NCBI GenBank assembly: GCA_021648085.1
Contig: JAKITS010000001.1
Location: forward strand, 132,948 to 196,947
Direction: 5' to 3'
DNA length: 64,000 nt
DNA from: Candidatus Magasanikiibacteriota bacterium
GTDB taxonomy: Bacteria; Patescibacteriota; Patescibacteriia; Magasanikbacterales; UBA922
Shown here: in pieces, positions 57,520-64,000 of the stretch
How positions within the stretch are numbered: the stretch's first letter is position 1
Layout of the letters: every line of letters begins with the position of its first letter
Made by a program: the position numbers and the translations under genes
The notes under the pieces: model-generated
Seen by the model: only the letters and a program-made list of their open reading frames with translations
What the model was told of the DNA's origin: nothing
Databases searched by the model: none

Positions 57520-57855
57520 AATATGAAAGTATTATTAAAGTTCTTTGTACAGCGGTGTGTAGTCGCAGATCCATTTGCATTAACGCAATTGGTTGGGTAC
57601 GAAGAATGTGTCCTATTTATATTATATAGTGACACCGAAGAATCGGGAAGTGAATCCTCTTGGGTTCCAAGAGTTTCTGAGTATCGTTTGATGGTACTTA
57701 GGAAAATCCCGAACAACCCTGTAGAAGGGTTAGAGAACGGGTCTGATCAGCCCTCTCACTGCACAATCGACTTTTGGTTAGTGGGGTTTCCACATCGTTT
57801 TTCCAAAGCGAGCCAATTGTCACCACCCCCAGACTTTGTCTGGGGGTTTTTTTAT
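57520..57855 (+). ncRNA. Unclassified structured RNA (~330 nt), promoter to intrinsic terminator
   Basis: GC content is about 45% against a ~30% background. The 5' end is set by the consensus promoter and the 3' end by hairpin 'CCCCCAGACTTTGTCTGGGGG' plus T7. The 118-aa ORF here has no RBS and starts inside the promoter. The downstream gene has its own promoter, so this is probably a stand-alone RNA rather than a leader. Confidence 0.5.
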
Positions 57856-57890
57856 TGACAAAAATCATTTTTTTGTGTAAAGTCTAATAA
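57855..57890 (+). promoter_or_regulatory. Promoter of the small membrane protein gene
   Basis: TTGACA, 17-nt spacer, TGTGTAAAGT (extended -10), then RBS GGAGG 8 nt before the ATG at 57903. Confidence 0.45.
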
Positions 57891-57902
57891 GAACCTTTCA
57901 TT

Positions 57903-58211
57903 TTGTTGGAGGTAAAAATGAAAAAGGTAGGAGTTTTCAAAAGTTTAAGTTCTTTATTAAAAGTAAAAAGTTTTCTGAATTTTTTTGCGATTTATGTTCA
58001 TTTTGCAAAAAGTATAAAAGACTCTGGTAAAAAGAAGGTATTTTTGATTGTTTATTTTGGATTGGCTATTCCAACTATTGGATATTATTACGCTTTCGCA
58101 AAAATTTTTAGTTTAACAGTTTTTATTTTTGTGTGGTTTTTTCTTTTCCCGCTTTTCTATTATTGGCTTGGGCAGGGGAATGTGCCAAAGAAGGTAAAAA
58201 CCAAAAAATAG
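57903..58211 (+). CDS. Small membrane protein (102 aa)
   Basis: Strong RBS 'TTGGAGGTAAAAATG', two to three TM helices, own terminator at 58217-58246. Confidence 0.5.
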   Translation: MLEVKMKKVGVFKSLSSLLKVKSFLNFFAIYVHFAKSIKDSGKKKVFLIVYFGLAIPTIGYYYAFAKIFSLTVFIFVWFFLFPLFYYWLGQGNVPKKVKTKK

Positions 58212-58216
58212 TTCAC

Positions 58217-58246
58217 AAGACCGATTCATTTCGGTCTTTTTGTTTG
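58217..58246 (+). terminator. Intrinsic terminator
   Basis: 'AAGACCGATTCATTTCGGTCTTTTTGTTT'. Confidence 0.6.
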
Positions 58247-58604
58247 AAAATTACCGTTAACAATGTTAAACTTTTAATAGTAATGTAAAGTTTTTCTCTG
58301 TCATTTCGAACTAAAGTCAGAAATCCCTTAAACGTGATATATAAGTAAAACTTTTTTTTAAATTCAAAACCCAATCCTTCTCACTTTACCTTTTGAGACC
58401 AAAAGGTAACCAAAAGTGCCGAACGGTTGATAATTTTAGGCTTAATTTATTTTTAAAACTTATTTAATTAACCGCATTCGCTATTTTAATTATCCTTTTG
58501 TATTCTCAAAAGGACCATAAGTTTTAAAAAGAAATTAGTTCAAAAATTTCAAATGTTCGGGAGGTTGGAATTTAGGACGAAAAATAATTTATTAATAAAA
58601 AAAT

Positions 58605-58769
58605 ATGCATTTAGTTTGCCCAGAATGTAAAAATGATGTGGATTTGGAAGCTCATCCAAAAGTGAAAGTTGGACAAGTTGTAGAATGTGATAAATGTGGA
58701 ATTACTCTTTCTGTTCTAGGAATAGACGGAGACGAGATAAACGCAGAAGTTGTGGATGAAGGAAAATAA
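58605..58769 (+). CDS. LysW/ArgW-like zinc-ribbon small protein (54 aa), not in the ORF track
   Basis: 'MHLVCPECKNDVDLEAHPKVKVGQVVECDKCGITLSVLGIDGDEINAEVVDEGK' fits the LysW pattern (CPEC...ECxxCGxxLxV..xD, acidic C-terminus). The terminal EDWGE is replaced by DEGK. Confidence 0.35.
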   Translation: MHLVCPECKNDVDLEAHPKVKVGQVVECDKCGITLSVLGIDGDEINAEVVDEGK

Positions 58770-58822
58770 TTGCGATAATAGACTAAGTAAAAAAGTTGTT
58801 TTATTTAATTAAAATAAAAAAT

Positions 58823-59398
58823 ATGAAATTTAAAGTAGTATTAATAGGTGTGGTATTAGTAGGTGTTCTTGTAATTTCTGGTTGTAGTTTGTTTGAGGAA
58901 AGGGATACAAAATTGGAAAACTCGTTAAACAATCAAGCAAATTTAGAAATAAATAACGTGCAGTTTGCAAATGTACCTGAGGTAGGCAAAGACATAGAGG
59001 ATGAAAGAGGTTTGCATTCTCAGGTTATTCGCGACATAGATGGAATAAAGTATTCCAATAATATCTATCGTTTTTCTTTTATTGTGCCTAATAAATGGGG
59101 TAATGTAAAAGATGTGGTTTCAGAAGGTATGACTGGAACAAAGTTTGTGGAAAGTATTAGGATAATTGATGTGAATAATACTGAAAAGTTTATTGATATA
59201 TATGTTGTAAAAACTGAAGATAAAAACCATGCTACTATCACAGATGCGCCAATTACGTATTTAGCAGGCGACTCAACTTACAGTTTTTATTGGTCAGGAA
59301 GTGCCGATGGTGCAGGAATGCCTGGGCTTGAGGATCAAAAGTATATGGATATATTAGTAGAATTAAATAAAGTAAAAAATACTTTTAAACTTTGGTAA
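58823..59398 (+). CDS. Lipoprotein (signal peptide plus lipobox)
   Basis: 'MKFKVVLIGVVLVGVLVISGCSLF' with lipobox ISGC. The track uses an upstream TTG start at 58796. Confidence 0.55.
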   Translation: MKFKVVLIGVVLVGVLVISGCSLFEERDTKLENSLNNQANLEINNVQFANVPEVGKDIEDERGLHSQVIRDIDGIKYSNNIYRFSFIVPNKWGNVKDVVSEGMTGTKFVESIRIIDVNNTEKFIDIYVVKTEDKNHATITDAPITYLAGDSTYSFYWSGSADGAGMPGLEDQKYMDILVELNKVKNTFKLW

Positions 59399-59410
59399 AA
59401 GAATAAAAAT

Positions 59411-59446
59411 AAAAAAGACGCTGAAATGAATTAGCGTCTTTTTTAA
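59411..59446. terminator. Bidirectional intrinsic terminator
   Basis: 'AAAAAAGACGCTGAAATGAATTAGCGTCTTTTTT'. Confidence 0.7.
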
Positions 59447-59469
59447 TCTTTAAATTTGTGAATTGTTCA

Positions 59470-59511
59470 CGAGATCCATTCGACTCCACTTCATTCCACT
59501 CAGGACGATGT
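59470..59511. repeat. Family A repeat unit overlapping the 3' end of the Mur-ligase gene
   Basis: 'CGAGATCCATTCGACTCCACTTCATTCCACTCAGGACGATGT'. Its terminal 'TCAGGACGATGT' is the reverse complement of the gene's last codons ACA TCG TCC TGA (T S S stop). Confidence 0.7.
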
Positions 59512-61566
59512 AAGTTTGTCTACCAAATTTTTAATCATTCCGCGGAAGCCGTGGGAACCTAGGAAAACTATAACATTTCCAGCTTCACTATTTTTTTCTA
59601 AATATTCTAGAAGTTCAGCGTCTTGCTCTAAATATAAAACATTGTTGTGAGTTTTCTTTATAATTTCTGCCAATTCTTTTCCGTCTGCAGGTTTACTTTC
59701 TTCGCTGGCAGATTTTACTTTTGTAAGTCTTGGGATGATTACAGTATCCGCATTTTCAAAAGCATTGTCATAAAAAGGAAAAGACTGACTTTTTCTATTT
59801 CCTGTATTTGGTTCGTAAATTGCAATAACTTTTTCAGAATAAAGCTTTTTGAGTGTGGATAATACAGAAATTGCTTTTGTAGGTGAGTGGGAGATATCGT
59901 CGTAAATATCTATTTCTCCACTAAATCTTTTTTCTAATCTTCTTTTTATTCCACGGAAACTTCCCAGTGCGTTTATTATTTTTTCTGGTTCAATTCCAGT
60001 TTGGTGCGCCATAGCAAAACATCCGCAGATATTTTCTGCCATATATTCTCCAATAATTGGCAGTATTATTTTGTAAATTTCTCTATTGTGGATAATATCA
60101 AAACTTAAACCTTCTTTTGTTTGAACTATGTTTTTATAGCTATAATCGTTTTCTACAGATTCACCATATTTTATCAATTTTCCACTGTATTCTTCTAAAA
60201 CTTCGGCAATATTTTTTCCATCTGTACAAGCCACAAGAAGCCCATTTTCTGGAATCATTTTTACTAAATTTTTGAAAGCATTTTTGTAATCTTTTTCTGT
60301 TGGGTAAATATCTGCATGATCCCAAGCTGAGGCTGTCAAAAGTACATGAGTGGGGGAATAAAGACTAAATTTTGGCTTTATATCCCAGCGAGCAGTTTTA
60401 TATTCATCACCTTCCAAAATACTCCATTTTCCGTCTGTAATTTCTGCACTTTCCTTCATATTTGCAGAAAGCCCACCAAACATATAGCTTGGGTTCATTT
60501 CTGAATTTTTGAAAATCCAAGTCAAAAGTGTTGTGTTTGAAGTTTTTCCATAAGTTCCTGCGCAAACAAGTGAATTTTCTTTCAAAAAATATTTTGCAAT
60601 TACTTCTGGATAAGACATATATGGAATTTTATTTTCCAAAACAAACTTCCATTCTGCATTTGTAGAACTTGCTACATTTCCCACAACTACCAAATCTGGA
60701 TTTCCATTTGCTGCCATTTTTTCTGGATGCCAGCCTGGGTAAAATGTCACCTGCTTTTCTTTTAAGTGTGTAGAAATTGGTGGAAAAAATCCAGCATCAC
60801 TTCCTGTGACAGCCCAACCTTTTTTCTTGAATGCAATTGCCAGAGCGCTCATGGCAACTCCACAAATTCCTATGAAATGTATGTGTTTTGGTTTTTTTAC
60901 TAATATCTCTTTCAATTTTTCTAAATCATCACTCCAATTTTCTCCATCAAACCATTCCAAACCTTTAAATTGTAATTTGTAAATATCGGTTGGTCTTTGT
61001 GCTGAGCCCAAATAAATATATTTTGCACCAATAGTTTTGGCGTATTCAATAGCTTTTAGCATCATCCCCATTCCTGTATTTTTGTTGTCTGTATTCAAAT
61101 TGTAAAAAGGATAAGAATAGTGAAATATTTCTGAATTTTCATAAGCTATACAATATCCAACAGGTTCGTTGTTTGTGGTGTATTTAAAAACTTTATTGAA
61201 ATTGCTTTTTTCTGGATTTGTAAAAATTTCTTTGATTTTGTTTGCGCTAAAAACCCCTTCACCAAACTTAGTTTCGTAAAAATCTTTACCCATTTTGTGA
61301 ATATTCCAATGATAATTTTCAAGTGGTAAATTTTTAAGCTCAAGATGTATTTCTTCTGTTTTTCTGAGTATTCTACGATTTTCGCTAGACAATTCAAATT
61401 TACTTAAATCAATACGAACACTACGAGTTTTGTTCATCAATCCTTTTTCTACGCGTGTAAAAACATAACCTTGGTTGTACAAAGAGTTTATGTTTTCTTC
61501 GCTAAAATCATTTATATTTTTTTCGTCCCAAGACAGGTATTTCATAATTAAAACAGCGCTATCCAA
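59500..61566 (-). CDS. Mur ligase (MurC/Mpl-type UDP-N-acetylmuramate:amino acid/peptide ligase) with a ~230-aa N-terminal extension
   Basis: The C-terminal 460 aa have 'HIHFIGICGVAMSALAIAFKKKGWAVTGSD' (MurC/Mpl N-domain), 'VCAGTYGKTSNTT' P-loop and 'GSHGFRG'. The N-terminal 230 aa ('NSLYNQGYVFTRVEKG...SSENRRILRK...MGMMLKAIEYAKTIGAKYIYLG') form a separate domain. Confidence 0.7.
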   Translation of the reverse strand: MDSAVLIMKYLSWDEKNINDFSEENINSLYNQGYVFTRVEKGLMNKTRSVRIDLSKFELSSENRRILRKTEEIHLELKNLPLENYHWNIHKMGKDFYETKFGEGVFSANKIKEIFTNPEKSNFNKVFKYTTNNEPVGYCIAYENSEIFHYSYPFYNLNTDNKNTGMGMMLKAIEYAKTIGAKYIYLGSAQRPTDIYKLQFKGLEWFDGENWSDDLEKLKEILVKKPKHIHFIGICGVAMSALAIAFKKKGWAVTGSDAGFFPPISTHLKEKQVTFYPGWHPEKMAANGNPDLVVVGNVASSTNAEWKFVLENKIPYMSYPEVIAKYFLKENSLVCAGTYGKTSNTTLLTWIFKNSEMNPSYMFGGLSANMKESAEITDGKWSILEGDEYKTARWDIKPKFSLYSPTHVLLTASAWDHADIYPTEKDYKNAFKNLVKMIPENGLLVACTDGKNIAEVLEEYSGKLIKYGESVENDYSYKNIVQTKEGLSFDIIHNREIYKIILPIIGEYMAENICGCFAMAHQTGIEPEKIINALGSFRGIKRRLEKRFSGEIDIYDDISHSPTKAISVLSTLKKLYSEKVIAIYEPNTGNRKSQSFPFYDNAFENADTVIIPRLTKVKSASEESKPADGKELAEIIKKTHNNVLYLEQDAELLEYLEKNSEAGNVIVFLGSHGFRGMIKNLVDKLTSS

Positions 61567-62678
61567 ATACTAAGCATTACAAAAGCTAAGTGAATCATCC
61601 AAAAACGCATTACGGTTTTTTCTTCCTTCCAACCACGAAGTTCAAAGTGGTGGTGAATCGGTGCCATTTTGAAAATTCTTCTGCCAAGTGTATAACGACC
61701 TCCAACTTGTATGATTACACTCAATAATTCTATATAAAAAATAAATGCCAAAAATGGTAAAAGTAACATTTTGTTTATAACGATTGCGTTGATAGCCAGC
61801 AGTGCTCCAAGCCCAAGAGAGCCAACATCTCCCATTTGAAATCTAGCTGGTTTGATGTTGAAATAAGTATAAGTAATCAATGCGCCAACGGTCGTAGCGT
61901 TTAAAATTGTAATTTCTTCGTATCCAATAATCCAACTCAAAACTGTGAGTGCCATGAAAGTTGTGATAAGAGAGCCACCAGCCAAACCATCCATACCGTC
62001 TGCTACATTTACTGCGTTTGCTGTGAACATTACAAAAAGGATAATAAGAGGGATTATCCACCAGCCAATATTCAAAAATCCATCGAACGGGATGTAAATT
62101 TCTCGCCAATGCTCGCCAAGTTTAAAGTAAATCCAATATGCTGTAATTGCACCAGCTATAAATTGTAAGATTAATTTTTCGTGAACATGTACACCTTTTC
62201 CTGGGTGAGAACCAAGCCAAAGTGTAGCTCTTTTGAAAACTGTCCATGGAAAAGTGATTGCAAACCAAATTCTATGACTTATTTTTTTGTGAACACGAAT
62301 TAGTTTTAAAATATGTTTTACGGTTCTGTGTTTTCTTTTTTGTCCAAAAATATTCATGATGTCGTCTAGTGCTCCCAAAGTCGCAGCCAAAAGCATGACA
62401 CCAATTGGAACCCAAGTAAACTCACGCTCCCAATTGAACAGCATTGTGATTATTGCGACTGTGATAATTACGAGTAATCCACCCATCACTGGAACACCAA
62501 CTTTACTTTTTCTAGCTCCCATCGCAAGTGTTGCATCGTATTCAGCTCTTCTGGTTATTTTGTATTTGTACAAAAATTTTGTAAGAAGTGGTGCCCACAA
62601 AAAAGCAATAAAGCACGAAACAAGACCGAATCCAACGGCCGTTTTAAGTAAGTCTAATGATTCTGGTGCTATAGTCAT
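61548..62678 (-). CDS. mraY: Phospho-N-acetylmuramoyl-pentapeptide transferase MraY
   Basis: 'NAVNVADGMDGLAGG' and 'FKMAPIHHHFELRGW' signatures. Confidence 0.85.
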   Translation of the reverse strand: MTIAPESLDLLKTAVGFGLVSCFIAFLWAPLLTKFLYKYKITRRAEYDATLAMGARKSKVGVPVMGGLLVIITVAIITMLFNWEREFTWVPIGVMLLAATLGALDDIMNIFGQKRKHRTVKHILKLIRVHKKISHRIWFAITFPWTVFKRATLWLGSHPGKGVHVHEKLILQFIAGAITAYWIYFKLGEHWREIYIPFDGFLNIGWWIIPLIILFVMFTANAVNVADGMDGLAGGSLITTFMALTVLSWIIGYEEITILNATTVGALITYTYFNIKPARFQMGDVGSLGLGALLAINAIVINKMLLLPFLAFIFYIELLSVIIQVGGRYTLGRRIFKMAPIHHHFELRGWKEEKTVMRFWMIHLAFVMLSIWIALF

Positions 62679-62968
62679 AATTGGTAAATTTTAACGCTAA
62701 GAATTTATTTAATCTTTTTTTTAGGTCAGTTTTATTATATTTTGAGCGAAAACATTATAAAAAAGTGAAAAATAGCAGTACTATATTGAACTTTTTTAGA
62801 ATTTTTGTAGCAAAAATAGAGTAAAGAGGAGCTAAGAAAGAAATTTTAAATGCATTTTTACTATAGTGAAATAGTATCAAAAAGTAGTGTTTTTTACAAG
62901 TTGACCTTGATTTTTTTGTAAATATATGATAGATTGCATAGAACACTCTCAAACAAAAGGAGAAAATC

Positions 62969-63163
62969 ATGAAAAAAAGTAAAGACATGGATGTGAGTGG
63001 TCAGGAAAAAGGTGTAAAATGGATTTGTAGGTGTACTGTTCTTTGTCTAGTAGCACTCCTTGTTTATAAAATTATTATAGGAGATACTAACGATATTCAT
63101 TTTTTTTGGGAAAAGAAAAATATGTTGGAAGTATTTGCCAACCATATAAAAAACTTGCATTAA
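62969..63163 (+). CDS. Small membrane protein (64 aa)
   Basis: Strong RBS 'AAAGGAGAAAATCATG', one TM helix, downstream hairpin terminator 'CTTGCATTAATTTGCAAGTTTTATTTTT' (63144-63180). Confidence 0.4.
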   Translation: MKKSKDMDVSGQEKGVKWICRCTVLCLVALLVYKIIIGDTNDIHFFWEKKNMLEVFANHIKNLH

Positions 63164-63205
63164 TTTGCAAGTTTTATTTTTGTATAAAATTTGTTAATCA
63201 AAATA

Positions 63206-63287
63206 GGGGATCCTTCGACTGTCGCTTAGGATGACGTGGTAATATTACGTCATATTGAGCGAAGTGAAACGGAGTCGAAATATCCCC
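63206..63287. repeat. Back-to-back family A units (divergent inverted pair)
   Basis: 63206-63237 'GGGGATCCTTCGACTGTCGCTTAGGATGACGT'. 63247-63287 'ACGTCATATTGAGCGAAGTGAAACGGAGTCGAAATATCCCC', nearly identical to the reverse complement of 47477-47517. Confidence 0.8.
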
Positions 63288-63362
63288 ATGCAATATCACA
63301 AAATATAAATAATAAAATTAAACGTCAGTCCTTTATTTTTCTAACCTAAATAAGGTGATCTA

Positions 63363-63965
63363 TTATTTTTGAAAAGCTGTCAAGCGTCTTATCCCAAACC
63401 ATTTTGCATCTGTAAATCTTTGAAGGGTTTCGTTTTCTTTTCCTGTCTTTTTATTTTCAGTCCATTTTTGTTCCAAAATGGATTTTTTGGGATCAGATAT
63501 TTCTATTGTGCCTTCTTTTATTCCATGACTAGGGTTTGTATCGACAGACCATTTTAGTGAGTGAGTATAGTGAATAATTGTCGGTAGATCATTTTCATAG
63601 CCAACTTTGTGTGCAATCAAAACATGATCAAAACTATTTTTTTCTCCAGCGCCGGTAAGTGCAATTAAATCTCCTGGCTCTACTTGGCTTAGCATTACCT
63701 CAAAACTATTTTTGTTGTGTACTAGATTTTTTACATTTGTATTTTCTATTGGTCTAAATTGAGCCAAAATTTTGCGCAACGGATTTTTTATCAAAGGAAA
63801 TCTTAGGTGTCTTTTTAATCCACCAAGTTTGCGAGATTTTATCTCTGCGTCCAAAACATAAAAAACAAAACCAGAGCAGTCTATTCCAATATTGTTATCT
63901 ACAAAAAATTGATTTAATGTTTTTTTGTCCAACTTTTTCAAATCAACTTTTTTTCGTAATGCCAA
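63363..63965 (-). CDS. Putative NlpC/P60- or CHAP-like cysteine peptidase (cell-wall hydrolase candidate)
   Basis: 'IGIDCSGFVFYVL' (Cys nucleophile context) and a downstream 'HVLIAHKVG' (His). Adjacent to mraY and the Mur ligase. Confidence 0.35.
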   Translation of the reverse strand: MALRKKVDLKKLDKKTLNQFFVDNNIGIDCSGFVFYVLDAEIKSRKLGGLKRHLRFPLIKNPLRKILAQFRPIENTNVKNLVHNKNSFEVMLSQVEPGDLIALTGAGEKNSFDHVLIAHKVGYENDLPTIIHYTHSLKWSVDTNPSHGIKEGTIEISDPKKSILEQKWTENKKTGKENETLQRFTDAKWFGIRRLTAFQK

Positions 63966-64000
63966 TAGTTCAATCTCTTTTTTTATATCTTCCGGACTTC

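Noticed and set aside
57520-57855. Assignment of the GC-rich RNA to RNase P RNA or tmRNA
   Set aside because: Only a weak AGGAAAATCC resemblance to the RNase P P4 strand was found. No tRNA-like 3' end or tag-peptide frame for tmRNA, and no SRP domain IV motif. It is left unclassified pending a covariance-model search.
57502-57858. 118-aa ORF on the + strand inside the GC-rich segment
   Set aside because: It starts within the -10 element of the promoter, has no RBS and has atypical composition for this genome. It is treated as part of a non-coding RNA.
58796-58822. TTG start for the lipoprotein gene
   Set aside because: The in-frame ATG at 58823 begins a standard signal peptide. The extra 9 residues (FYLIKIKN) are unnecessary.
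17127-63287. Possibility that the dispersed repeats are a CRISPR array
   Set aside because: The units occur in both orientations, are not regularly spaced and are not separated by unique spacers of uniform length. No cas genes are present.

Overview
This is a 64-kb window of low-GC (~30%) bacterial DNA. It is tightly packed, mostly on the + strand. The gene content (short IF-2, RNase Y, PilT, S8 surface protease, Elp3, split ComEC, many glycosyltransferases, minimal metabolism) suggests a small-genome Patescibacteria/CPR-like organism. That placement is an inference, not a demonstrated fact.

Layout:
- 1 to 17.1 kb: large glycan-biosynthesis cluster (flippase C-terminus, 5 SAM methyltransferases, LicD, deacetylase, GT2/GT4/GT11 glycosyltransferases, HAD-cupin, nucleotidyltransferase, GDPD, radical SAM, epimerase).
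- 17.4 to 24.4 kb: convergent WbaP-like initiating transferase, S8 protease, UXS-like decarboxylase, GT2, DUF2304-like gene, GT4.
- 24.8 to 27.6 kb: PilT and PBP2.
- 27.7 to 27.9 kb: two tRNAs (Glu-CUC, Met/Ile2-CAU) with a consensus promoter.
- 28.1 to 35.7 kb: tRNA-adjacent defence island (RhuM cassette flanked by 33-bp direct repeats, RadC, and a 4-gene operon of DUF4297-like, HerA-like ATPase, MutH/Sau3AI-like endonuclease and C5 DNA methyltransferase).
- 35.7 to 64 kb: housekeeping genes (hup, rny, truB, ppa, infB, trxA, gdh, leuS, comEC in two pieces, dsbB-like, tsaE, glyA, ADP-ribosylglycohydrolase, Elp3, a Mur-ligase fusion, mraY).

Three further things stand out:
- Intergenic regions are colonised by two families of short palindromic MITE-like repeats, family A built from ~31-41-nt 'ACGTCATCCTGAGCGAAG...' units and family B made of ~87-nt elements with 'GTCATCCTCAACTCGATTGGGGATCC' termini. 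A third ~32-nt conserved motif also recurs.
- One repeat copy supplies the last codons and the stop of the Mur-ligase gene.
- A ~330-nt GC-rich promoter-to-terminator unit at 57.5 to 57.85 kb looks like an unclassified structured ncRNA.

Coordinates of hand-called features may be off by 1-2 nt.
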